A DNA stretch of 64,000 nt, taken from the NCBI GenBank assembly GCA_011109175.1, contig RDEW01000005.1, positions 1,298,657-1,362,656 of the forward strand. The letters run 5' to 3'. Shown here piece by piece: positions 42,340 through 53,796 of the stretch. Origin of the DNA: Dicyema japonicum (lineage: Eukaryota; Animalia; Dicyemida). A model generated the notes under the pieces. It saw nothing but the letters and a program-made list of their open reading frames with translations. It was not told where the DNA came from and made no database searches. The translations under genes and the position numbers were made by a program. Position 1 is the first letter of the stretch, and each line of letters opens with the position of its first letter.

Positions 42340-43730
42340 GGAACTCGCGATGACCGTGGACGATATTCGTGCTTCCCTTTGTTTTTCTTGCCGGTGACTG
42401 AACGCAAAAGTTGGAACACGTTGTACGGACAAAACTTTATTGAAACCCACAGTAGAGGGAAGAAAAATTCTAATGGTACTGGACTCGCAGGATTCTGCTG
42501 TGCATTTGCCCTCTTTCTGTGCAACACGGCATTCAAACTCCCGCAAGGCACATGACGACATGGGTGGACAGAGAAAAAATCGGAATGGTGAGATAGTCCC
42601 GATTTACAATCAAATTGATTATATACTGTGTAAGCGTGAATTCAAGTGCATGCTTATGGACTCGCGATCTGATGGAGGCACTAATCTACTGATGATCATA
42701 AAGCGGTCATCTCTCGCTTTAAACTAGGAAGAAGTCAAGGACTGATCAAGAGAAAACGAAACAAACACAACTCTGGAAGATTGTCGGTGGAAAGTCTGAA
42801 CACAAATATCGTAACCCATGGGAGTTTCGCTGACAAAGTGGACGTCTTCGTCTCAAAATTGGACATGAGAGGCCCACCATATCAGCGGTGCAATATCTAA
42901 TGGACTTGGAAATATTGCCCGGTCACTATTGAATGATGTTTCAAGAAGGCCACAATTGGCTCGTCTATATGATAAACAGATAGACCTGCTATCGAGAATA
43001 CAAAAAAATTTGAGACTCCGGGCTGAGAATACAAAATGTCCATAAAAGAAAGCATTACTAAAATAAACAAAGAACTCTATCTAGAGAACATAAAGAAAAA
43101 GAATACGTTTGCTCCGAAAGGACACTTGAACAGTCGAAGAGGAGGTCTAGGAACTTAGTTTTGGCCGAAAATGTTCAGAGCAATCCGGCTTTTAAACAGA
43201 GCTGATGAACCTATAGGATTGGATTGTGAATGACAGAATGAAAGACGAATAATAGACAAAAAAAGTTGCAGAGAATATTGCTGATCAGTTTAAATCTCTC
43301 TTCAGGAGTAACGACGAACGCATAACTAAATTTGTCGGACACCCCAGATCTTTGACTAAGCCAATTACGGTGGTGGAGAAACAAACGGCTGTGCAAAAAC
43401 TGAACAACAATAGGACTCCGAGCATTGACGGCATCAACTGGAAACTTCTGAAAACATTCACCGCTCTCACTGGCCTATCACATATGCAGCATGCTCAACG
43501 ACATTTTTATGAGACACATGCCTGTCCCACTAGGACAGGGAATTCGGATACCATACAGAAACTAGGGAAGCCAATTGGACCGGTAAAATCTAATCTGTCT
43601 CTGGGTAAAAGTGGTTTTAAAAGAGGAGGATCCACGGCGGATATCGTATGGACACATAGATGGATGTGTGTCATGACGCAGAGATTCCAGAAAAGATTTA
43701 GTGTCTATCAGGTTTTCAAATTTTCCGTCT
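42340..43730 (+). mobile_element. Decayed RTE-like LINE nested in the hAT element
   Basis: YNQIDYILCK, NRTPSIDGI and GFKRGGSTADIVWTHRW motifs. Confidence 0.8.
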
Positions 43731-43734
43731 TTGA

Positions 43735-43960
43735 GGTATAATCGACCATCAATGACAATAAATTTCTCGGATTTTTTTATAAGTTTGTATTTCTCTTGTC
43801 TTGAAGATGTCTGTAGAAAATCACCATTTAGAATGTTCACTATGGATTGATATTCTATAATATTTTTGACAAAGCCTATTATTATCATATAAAGAGATAA
43901 ACATTTATAGAGCACATGTTGAATATTTATGAATAACGGCAAAAGATATTATATATGTCC
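43735..43960 (-). mobile_element. Possible Ginger-like N-terminal fragment
   Basis: QEKYKLIKKSEKFIVIDGRLYLK resembles QKFRFIKKTNFVLLEDSKLF in the 38-39 kb element. Confidence 0.4.
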
Positions 43961-44044
43961 GACACGATTAAAAATGATCAAAGCCACATTTAGTATGACA
44001 TTTGCCATGTGGCTTGACAGTGATTGACAGGTGACATGTAACTA

Positions 44045-44256
44045 TTATGGGACGCGTCATCACCACGGGATGCGACACCCTCCAGTGGAGTGGGGGAGAG
44101 CAAATGATCCTTTTTCGTGCAGGCCAGGCACTGGGCGCCACCTGGACAGGTGGATCGCATGACGCCACTCTAATAGGAAGAGAGAGGAGAAACAGACAGA
44201 CAAACATAAAAATTATGCCAATTATCCACGCAACACCACATGGCACCACGCGGCGT
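44045..44256 (-). repeat. Hairpin plus HDV-like pseudoknot element (best-paired short copy)
   Basis: Minus strand: GGCGTC atgc GATCC ACC tgtcca GGT GGCGCC ca gTGC ctggcct GCA CGAAAAA GGATC. Confidence 0.75.
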
Positions 44257-45268
44257 AACCAGAAAAGCTTCTTGAATCACTGTTGTGTAATCATGTTCAC
44301 GATAATCCAGAAAGTTTTAATATAGAAGAATTGGAAGTTGTAGAAAATCTCGACACTTATACAAAATTTTTTTTATTGTTTATTTATTAAAAATATGAGT
44401 TCCAGTTTAACTTTGAAAGGGTAAATTTGCAGTCTTTGTATTATAAAAGAATGAATAGGAAGATGGGAGTGGTTCATGTCCGAGGATATTGGGGAAATAT
44501 CATTCCCGTCCATAGAATAACTTGGAATGATTAATACAGGGAAAAGAGCTGGGGATGGATAAATCTAGACAAGAAGGATGAACTGTTCTCATCAACATGC
44601 ATAGAAATTTTGTATTTTGCAGAATTCCGACTATCTTTTCTTCATTGAACATTTCATCCTGTCTTCTTGTATTGTTTGAAAGGGGAATTTTACTCAGCAA
44701 ATGCACATTTTTTCAGAGAACTTCATTAACACAAGCTAGCATAGCAGGTTTGACTAGCTCTACCCATAAACCTGATGTGCTCCAATCTTGACAATAATTT
44801 TGAAAGCCAAATGACTTTGTTTGAGTTCTTTGCATTTGTAGTATTTATTTTCTTTACAAAGTCAAATAGTTTGCCTTCTCTTTTATTATCAAAAAATTCC
44901 ATATCTTTACCAACAGACGATGGATGCTTTGACTTCTGATGCTGCTCCAGTATGACTTTCTTCATGATGACAGAACATTCGAGGCAAGTAGGTTTTGAGT
45001 CTACATACACAAAGCCAAACAGAATAAAATCTTAATGGTAATTCCTAATTTTTGTCCTTTTAGCAGTTGGTTCCGGCATCTTACAATCTAAAATGGTACA
45101 GTCCTTAAAAATTGTGTACAAAAGGCACGCAAGACTCAATGGCTTCTCCAGTTGATCTCCGTTGCAATTATGTCGGCGGGACTATTTTAGTTAGTTAGTT
45201 ATCAATCCCGATCTCGCTACCTTGAAGGAGGTTGGCTGTCCGCAGAAGTCATTGTCTTTATTCAGGAA

Positions 45269-45709
45269 TTGAAACTCTCTCGAAAATCCCCATCCCTTGT
45301 TTTCCAAACTATTGTGTACTTCACAAGGACGGGAGAGGAAGTCTCGATAGAGAAATATTCACAATCGTTAAAGAGGGACTTAGACAACCCCTATCGTAGA
45401 ATGAGCTTCTCCATGCATTTAGTTGTATTCACCATCTTTAGCGGAGTTTTTGTTATGGATATTCAAGTGACCACAACCCTATTGTATTACGAGTCTTCAA
45501 AAGCTATTCGAAGACGAACTACGTTCACTATATATGTGGACAATCAATTATATTCCTTCACACTCGAATGTTCCAACGATTATGCAGCAAAGGTGTCTAT
45601 AAAAACAATGGAAGCGGACAGAATATTTATACAACGTTCATTCTATGTGAGATTTAACCCTAAACTCCCAACCAGCCCCATCTCGTCATCGGAGAACGGA
45701 ACTCATTGA
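45269..45709 (+). CDS. Orphan ORF, possibly secreted from the internal ATG (MSFSMHLVVFTIFSGVF)
   Basis: 146-codon open frame, with no recognisable homology. Confidence 0.3.
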   Translation: MKLSRKSPSLVFQTIVYFTRTGEEVSIEKYSQSLKRDLDNPYRRMSFSMHLVVFTIFSGVFVMDIQVTTTLLYYESSKAIRRRTTFTIYVDNQLYSFTLECSNDYAAKVSIKTMEADRIFIQRSFYVRFNPKLPTSPISSSENGTH

Positions 45710-46568
45710 AAAAGAGACGAAAGCATGGTTAGACTTCTTTGCGTTCTATAAATTCAATCACTCAGTTAATTTTGTACAATCACAAACTCAAATGTAGCTG
45801 TATGGTCGGACGCCTCTGCCATAAACACTCAAGCACTAGTAACTGGAAGATTCTAAAGATTCTTCTCACTTCCATGATGTAGACAAGTCTATTAATTTGA
45901 TACATCCCACCCGTGGCTGTGGTCATGGTGGTGATTGTGTTATCAAATTCATATAACTACTAGATCGTAAAACTGAAAAAACAAACTAGGTAATCCCTAA
46001 AATTATAGTCCAGGCTCTCAGCTTGGCTTGATATCTCTCTCTAGATCCTACGCACGTTAGTTGGGGTCGGGTTTTCTACTGATCACGTTGGATCAGACCT
46101 TCTAAGTCGTTCCTTCGAATTAGGATCTAAAGATGTCGATATCATGTTCTTTTTTTTCGTGGACCACTTCTATGTCAATCCAAAAGCCTTTTTGTGTAGA
46201 CGCGATTTTCTGAGTATAGTCCAAGAAATAAGGTCCTTATGAGGCAAACGATTTTAGTACGGGGTATTTCTCGATTTTCCATAGCCTCGTTAGGGTTTTC
46301 AGCAGGTTATTTTTTTCGTATCATAGATCATTTCCATGATTTTTTACTATTCCTTAAATGGAAATGTTTTCAATTTCAATTAACTTGTTTGAAATAAATG
46401 TGACGGGTTTCTTAGGGCTGATTGTCACCCTGTTTTCGTTCAGGCAATTTTTTACTCTTTCCGTGCCTGTCTGGGTGGAATTTGTAATTTCTTTTTAATT
46501 TTATTCAATTTATAAATTTAAAATTATAATTGTACAATTTAATTTTTATTGCTTTTGGTGAGTTTATT

Positions 46569-46982
46569 ATGTCTGGGAGATCTATTGGTAAAAAGTCTTC
46601 ACTTAGAAGTAAACTTTCTCGAAGTGCTCGTGCTGGTGTTGTGTTCCCAGTTGGCCGTTTGAAGCGCGTATTAAAACGTAGGAAAGATTTATTTAGTTTA
46701 ATAGAAAGTACTGGACTTCGAGTTGGGGATTGTGCTGCAGTCTATCTAGCCGGAGTTATGGACTATTTGTGCTCAGAACTGCTAGAATTGTCAGGACATC
46801 AAGCCATAAAGACCAAGAAAACGAGGATATCCCCTAGGAACATTCAAATGGCAGCTAGAATTGACGATGAATTCAAAGAATTGTTAAAGGGAGTCATTTT
46901 TGCACATGGAGGTGCTGTCTCTACGAAAACCCCATCGATTACTTCTGTTGACTCTCAGGCTGTCGGCAGCCAAGAATATTAG
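46569..46982 (+). CDS. H2AX: Divergent histone H2A variant with an H2A.X SQEY tail
   Basis: SRSARAGVVFPVGRL, VYLAGVMDYLCSELLELSG and RISPRNIQMAARIDDEFKELL, with C-terminus SQEY*. One 27-nt intron at 46678-46704. Confidence 0.85.
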   Translation: MSGRSIGKKSSLRSKLSRSARAGVVFPVGRLKRVLKRRKDLFSLIESTGLRVGDCAAVYLAGVMDYLCSELLELSGHQAIKTKKTRISPRNIQMAARIDDEFKELLKGVIFAHGGAVSTKTPSITSVDSQAVGSQEY

Positions 46983-47380
46983 TTTAACTTGTAATTTTCT
47001 ATTTTGTATTTTCTCATAATTTTCAGTTTTGCTCATAATTAAGTCACTGATTAATCGTTATCAAAAATTCTTAGGATTGAATAAAACTTCCCATTTTGCT
47101 GAGGAGGCGTTTGGTAGTATTTTTAATTTATTAACCTCGGAACCATAGGAAAGAGGTTAAAAGTAATTAAGTGATTCCAATGTCCAGTTGGTCACCCAAC
47201 TCACCTACGAAGTGCTGAAAAGGAGTCGAAGCTCTCTATCCTATTATGATTTCCCTATCCCACAACCATGAAGACGAAGATGACTTTACATTTTGGCATC
47301 ATTTTCGTCATTAATAAATTAAATTTTATAATTATTAGGTAATTCAGTCAAAATTGAGATAACGTCTATTAATTGATAAT

Positions 47381-47860
47381 TTATGGCTTAATAACTTTAT
47401 TAATAATCGTTAAATGATAAATTCGAGGACCATCTGCATCCGCCCTGACTCCGTGGCTATTACCTCTCAGGATTTCTTTCTTGGATTTGAGGTTCTCTAT
47501 AGAATCCTTTGGCTTACTTGCAATACGGGAAGCATGATTCTCAATGAGCCGCCAATGCAATACAGGAAGCAATGAATTTATAAACCCTGGACGGAATCAG
47601 TTATATAATAAATCCTGTCTCGTCCATATTGTTAAAATTTCGCATTCTTTATAAAGTTTGGAAATTTTTAAAAGTGATCTCAAATCCTTCTGGTCAGGTT
47701 GTTTGTCAGTTATCATTTCCCCATTCGAAAACCATGTCTTTTTTGAATCTTGTAAAAAATCCTTTAGAATTCTTGAAATCACTAATTGATCTTTTTTGAG
47801 AATTGGCCAATTTAATGGTTGGTCAATTAGAGGGAATTCACTGTACCTGAATAACAAACT
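47381..47860 (-). CDS. Probable spliced orphan gene
   Basis: Adjacent ORFs 47597-47857 and 47381-47572 with micro-intron-like gaps. Confidence 0.35.
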
Positions 47861-48094
47861 TCAAAATATAAGAAATGATTTTAAAACTGAAAAGGTCAGA
47901 GACAACAATGAACTACCAAGAATAAACTGAGACACATCTACTAGATGTATCAGCGAAGTCTCACTAAAAGATTCCTAGGACCATGTAAAGAACGTTATTA
48001 TTGAGAGGGATGACTGGTAGAATGGAATGACTAAATCTGCATAAGACCTCAAACCTATTTCCCCAAACCTTATAGGGATCTATGAGTGAACAAA

Positions 48095-48540
48095 CCAATT
48101 AGACAGGAAATCCAGCAGCCTCATGTTCCCAAGCAATAACCCCGTTGATTTCGGCGTGTCTAGGACCCCTTCCAGCGCTCCTCCGACAGGAAAGAGCTTG
48201 AAGACCTTTCGCATCGCCATTTTCTCCACATCTACACCGATGAATCGGGCAAACATCCGGACGGAAACCCCAATCCAGTCGCGTCGTCATCCAATAGTAT
48301 CTAAAGTGAGGTGCATGGTAATGCTCTGAGACAGGCTTCGCTCTCGTTCGTCGATGCAGAAGCCAGACGATGCTGATCAAGCACAGGTTTTATCTCTTCT
48401 ATGATTTTTGAGCATAAAAGCTTGTCCTATTCTCGTTGTTTATTAGCGTTCTTCGGGAATCTACCACCCAGTCGCGTCCAGACTTCCCGAGCCATGCATA
48501 CCACTGGTTCAGCGTCCGATCCGTTAACATAGAAGAGGTA
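48095..48540 (-). mobile_element. CRE-clade retrotransposon fragment
   Basis: HRCRCGENGDAKGLQALSCRRSAGRGPRHAEIN. Confidence 0.8.
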
Positions 48541-48544
48541 GTTT

Positions 48545-49575
48545 GCATTGGATCCAGCCAGTTTTATCAAAAGAAATGTTGAGCGTTTCTTCAACGGCAG
48601 TCTTTAGCTTTTCGTCGACGGCTCTCAAAAAGTTCATGTCTGTGAAATATGGGCAGTTTCAAATAAATGAAGTAAGCAAGCTAAAAGATAATGCAAAAAT
48701 GTACACAGCAATACGACTGCTTCTATAAACAAACCCAAGAGAATCATTAGTTATTATGGATGGAAATGGGAAATTAATATTGAATCCAGAAGAACAAGCT
48801 AACTTTATCGCAGTCCATTTCGAGAAGTTATTTAATGTGAATTCTATATCAATCTTTTTTGATGGATTGCCAAGACCTTTGGAGAGGTTAATTATCCCAA
48901 AGATGTCAAAATGGCTTGTTGTAAACTAAAGAAGTATAGGGGACCGGGCCTATTAATTCTGAGTTGGTAGAGTACGAGCCTGATTGCCTGCATGATGACA
49001 TGCTTACCACCTACTCCACTATATCTATAGGGATCGGATTATTAATTCCAATGCAAAAAACGAATAGAGCTAAAGGACCTCTTGAAAATTTACGAATGAA
49101 TAAACTCTTTATGTAAAGTCCCTGCAAATACTGTGCTGTAACGATACTTACGAGAAAGCCAAAGTGGATTTTTAAAAGGGGGATCAATAGTCGATGCTGT
49201 TTGTAGCCACATATTAAGGTGTGCAACATATCAAAGATACTTTAATACCACCAACATTCTGGAAATACATTATCAAAAGCCTTTGAAACAGTCAATAGGT
49301 ATAAACTAATGAGGAAAATATGGACTTGTTCCACTGGAACCATCTAAAAAGGGAATGTTTTGGCTGACCAGAATTTCATGTAAAGAAATCCAAAAGATAT
49401 GCTGGTGTAAGCCAATAAGTCAGGAGGTAATGGAGTTTCGATGGAAACTATTCGGGAACATCCTGAGAATGGAATTGCCACTCCAGTCGAACAGAGCCAT
49501 GTATGATTGGAAAGGTTAATTACATAATTACAGCTGCGCATGTGGCTCTTGTCAAAGTGCTGATAATAATAACAG
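48545..49575 (+). mobile_element. Decayed, internally deleted RTE-like LINE with 3' tail
   Basis: RKPKWIFKRGINS, SKAFETVNR and WKLFGNILRM motifs. The 3' end reads gtggctcttgtcaaagtgctgataataataa. Confidence 0.75.
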
Positions 49576-50906
49576 AATTAATAGATTTTTGTGTATCTTT
49601 TTATACCATTATGTTATCGAGGTTGTTTTTAGAATTTTCACACGAAATTTTTATTTCAAAAATTGACTGTTTTGTGTTCAATGTCGAACGAGACAGATTA
49701 TGAACACTAGATCAAATATAACGCATCCAGCGAGATAAAGGTTTTAGTTACCAAAAATAATATTTTTATTCGAATGATAGATCTTGAATCTGAAGATAGT
49801 TGTGATTCGAGAAAATAGTAGAAACTTAGAAAAAATTGGTTTCTCTAATTAATCCCCTGGCAGGTTGGTCTAGTAGTCGGCTCACAAGTTCGGTATCACT
49901 CTTCACTTAACAACTGGTCGGAAAACGCTGAGCTGATGAAGCGGCTTGCACGCTCAAAAAGGCGTGTTAAGTCTGGAAAGTCGACAAGAAGGAGATTGCT
50001 GGAATTTCCATGGTACTAATCTCCTCAAACCCTTATCTAAGGTCTCTTTTCCTGATAAAGTTGTGGTCCACAAGTTATAAATATTTGATTTTTTGTTAAC
50101 AATAAAATGAGCTTTTGGAAATCAATCCGAGGTTAGAGTTCATATTCCCAGATACCCAAGTAAGAAGAGGTTAATTTTTTTGCAAAAATAAAAATTTGGA
50201 GATCAATTTTAGTTTCTGGAGCATGAGGAAGGTCAATACATTAGATAAAAATCGAAAATTCGATTTTTATTTAACTTTCATTGTTTTAGGAATAAAATGG
50301 AATATTTTGAAGAAAAAATAAGTAAACGATAAATAGAAAATCAACCTGATCAGTCAGCCAATTGCGTAATTGGTCGAGAATTGAAGTGATTGCGAACCAT
50401 ATTGTACAAATTGTCTTTGTGATGATGGATGAAAGCAATGTATTACTTCTTGCGACCATGGACCGACTCATGAGACGTCAAAAATCAAAAGGTTCTGATC
50501 AAAAAGTTAGAAAATCCGATTTGAATTTGGCTAGCCAAAAATTGAAGTTATGGATTATGTCTTACACAAGATAAGCTAACATATGCTTCTAATAAAAATG
50601 ATAATCTGTTTCGACAAAATCTTGTTGCCAAAGTGGAGTTTATAATAATCGTAGTTATCTTTTTGGTTTTGATTAAATGGTAATTTTATTCTCAAGTGCT
50701 CATTCCCAATAAATTGCTATTTTCGTAAGATGTAAAACAATTTGTAATAGAAAAACATAAACGACACATTTATGCTATTCGTTAGAATAGTGTTTTATTC
50801 TGCAATAAAATTTCCATGTACATTGTCGTAAAGGGTGAATGGTATTTTATCTTTTTTTGGTTATCGGGCAGTTTATATTTAAGCAGCAATTCCGTCGGCT
50901 GTTATT

Positions 50907-51368
50907 ATGAATTTTTTTAAGAATAATGACATGAAAAATAATTTTGGAAGCCAACAAAGTAAAGGATTAGGGTTAGTTTTAGTCAATTTGAGTGACATTT
51001 ATGGTTTTCCCTTCAGTCTGCGTGAAAATCATAGAATTGTATCATACCCAGCAGCACTACAATATACCGATGACTATCATTTTGAGAGATCTCACAGAGG
51101 AAATGATTTCAGACTCGACAGCACTCCGTTCTATTATAGCGAAGATTTTGATGTAATCAACAAAATTGGAAAATATTCTTCCGAGAATGGATGTTCTTTT
51201 CATCTCTCAGAAAAGGATACTTCGGACCCAATTCATCAAAAATTTATTGACATAGTTGAAGAGAAAAGAAATAGCGATAGTTTCAAAAATTTTTCAAGTC
51301 AAAAAATTGAAAAGCTCGAAACCCAATGGGAAAAAGAAATGTCGCTTCTAAAAAAGTTATTCCCTTAA
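50907..51368 (+). CDS. Orphan ORF, 153 aa
   Basis: Long open frame in AT-rich DNA, with no recognisable domain. Confidence 0.45.
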   Translation: MNFFKNNDMKNNFGSQQSKGLGLVLVNLSDIYGFPFSLRENHRIVSYPAALQYTDDYHFERSHRGNDFRLDSTPFYYSEDFDVINKIGKYSSENGCSFHLSEKDTSDPIHQKFIDIVEEKRNSDSFKNFSSQKIEKLETQWEKEMSLLKKLFP

Positions 51369-51677
51369 AATTCGCTAACTATTAATTTTAGACCATATTT
51401 AAATTATTTTAAATTTAATGAAATCTAGTGAACATTAAAGCCGAAAAACTTTTACTTTGAAATAATCGAAAAAGAGTTAGTTTCTACTATGGGTCAGGAA
51501 AACTCAGTTATTTGCAGCTTTTCATATCGTTTCCCATAATCATAAGATTCATTAAGTCTAGATTAACAAAAAATTACTCTCTAAGCTTTTGTAAATATTC
51601 TTTTGCAAAAATCACGATAAAATCGACAAATATGCAAACCAAACTGTTTTTACTAATCGACAAAGTTAATTTTGAAT

Positions 51678-51935
51678 AATAGCCGCGTGGCGCCATGTGG
51701 TGCTTCGTGGCTAATTGGTTGAAGTTTTCGTTTGTTCGTCTGTTCCTCCTCTTTCTTTCTATTAGAGTGGCGTCATCTGATCTACTTGTTTAGGCGCCCA
51801 GTGCCAGGCCGGCACGAAAAAGGATCATTTGCTCTCCCCACTCCACTGGAGGGGTTTCCACAACTGTAATTATGGACGTTTTTTTTATGTTGATTCCGTA
51901 TGAACTCTGTTTCTGTAGAAGTGGAAACTGTATAC
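51678..51935 (+). repeat. Hairpin plus HDV-like pseudoknot element
   Basis: Colinear with 58744-59005 and the reverse complement of 44045-44256. Confidence 0.8.
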
Positions 51936-52291
51936 CCTTAGTTAGTTGTTTACTTTAACTTCATTCTCGGTGTATAAATAATACTAATCGACTGAAATTG
52001 CTCAAATAAATTTTTTATTCACTACATTCTTAATATTTTTACAGAGGATTATTCATAGAAATGTGTATGAGATTTAATCTTCTTAAAATACGGCGTAATC
52101 GGAATACGCTTCAATGACAGGGAAGACCTTGGCAGGAACATGGCAAAGAGTAGCCAAAATGTAAGAAACTAGCTAGTAATTTGAGTTTCCGTGTTGGGCA
52201 TACTTTGTCACGTCCTATGCCATAGTGCCAATAATTATAAAATCCGACGTCGTTAACTCTTAAGATGATTAACAGAAAATAAAGAGAATTA

Positions 52292-53796
52292 TTAAGTCAA
52301 ATCAGGGACACTTCGAAATTCAATTTTATTAAAATGTCTTGACTTTCTTTTCCGATGTAAAACAAATATGATCACAGTAATTATAAAAGCAGCAACGACT
52401 CCAATAAACGCTACAATGTATATTGTATTATTCTTCATGGTGACTTTGCTATATTCTATACAGTCATCCACGTGCACTAACCAAAAATATCCATGGATAT
52501 ATTAGACGGTAGTGAACTTCCGATCTCGTTAACCGCCCATACTGTAATGACGTAGGTCCCTAGTATCCTTACGTGTGCCTTTATGTCGACATGGTGAGAT
52601 TTTCCACCCAATGTTAAATTCATGGCAAAAGAAGTTTCAGTAGAAGCAATTTGTACAACGTACCAAATTGTCTGAAAAGTATTCACGTCGGGGAGGATCC
52701 AACTCACGTTGGTTCCATGGACAGTAAGGTTCACACTTTCTGGGAGATCTAAAAGTTCCTCATTAGCTTCATACCGAGAAAATTAAAAGAAGCTTCTTTT
52801 GATAAATATGTTCTATCTCCAATGACGACGCACGTGTAATTATAATAAGTATAAGGCTGAGCTCTGTTCAGATTAATGATGGATTGTGTAATAGTGTAAA
52901 GTCCATGATTATTACTGATAATTGATTGTTTCTACGATTTAAACCAAGACATACTGGCTTTTCACCCTCAGCGTTTAATATGTACATTTCGAATTTTGTA
53001 TTCGAATGTACTTGACATGAGATATTATGATCTCCAAACTTTAATCTTCGGGACTTAAAGTAGATAACAGGATTCACTAAAGAATATTTGATGGAAAATA
53101 CAGATTACAGTCAACCTGATATCTATTGTTTGCGTATAGTTGTCAGCCTTCATCGCTACTAAAGTGTAAATTCCAATGTCATTCAAATTAGAATTTGAAA
53201 TGTAAAGTCCGAGTGGACTCACCCGAAATTTCTCATTTTCTAATATTATATAATGGTCTAATACCTTCTAATCTTTCTCCATCCTTTTTCCAAAATATGG
53301 AGAAATGCGATTGATTAGAGACCGCATAGCAGTTGAGGAACGCTTCATCGTTTTCGTTAACCTGTGTGGACTTGCATTCCTTAAATTCGATTAAAGAAGC
53401 TAAAATATTATAAAAGATTCACAAGGGTCTCGATTCTGAAAGTCCTAACCTCCTTAGTTTTTTCTGATATGCACTTGTATTCACCAACAGTTTCGTTGTT
53501 TACATCAATGTTAAGAATAACACTTGTTGGATTTAAAATATCCAGTTTATAATATTTATCACTAATTTACCACCAATTTATCACTTTGACTGAATATATT
53601 TGTTGTTTCTTAGCCATCTCACACCAATGTCGGGTTTATACCCTATGCAAATTGTACCAACGAAATCCCACGTCGTTACGACATATTCTGGATATACAGT
53701 GATATCCGCAACCAGGTTATCTGCGAGTTATATAAAAAGATTGCTAATAAATGAATGCGCATGTGACATACACATAACGAAGAAAGAAATGAACAT
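52292..53796 (-). CDS. Single-pass receptor/adhesion protein: signal peptide, 2 Ig-like, 2 FN3, TM, short tail
   Basis: MFISFFVMCMSHA signal. Ig motifs C..VRWLRNN..GEYKC and LNCYA..IFWKKDG..DIGIYTL. FN3 motif VSWI..YVITVWAVNEIGSSLPS. TM IVAFIGVVAAFIITVIIFVL followed by HRKRK. One exon junction near 53400 is unresolved. Confidence 0.75.

Larger units (their letters stand above)
41130..45040 (-). mobile_element. hAT (Buster/Charlie-type) transposase pseudogene split by nested insertions
   Basis: N-terminal PTCLEC..HQKSKHPS..EFF and LSKIPLSNNT at 44.4-45.0 kb. MHAINFFK..TWLSRG and the C-terminal part at 41.1-42.3 kb. Confidence 0.75.

Noticed and set aside
49905-49985. Hammerhead-like CTGATGA-AGCG/CGCT stem
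   Set aside because: The core continues CAAA instead of GAAA, stem I cannot form and stem III is mismatched next to the core. At best it is a dead relic.
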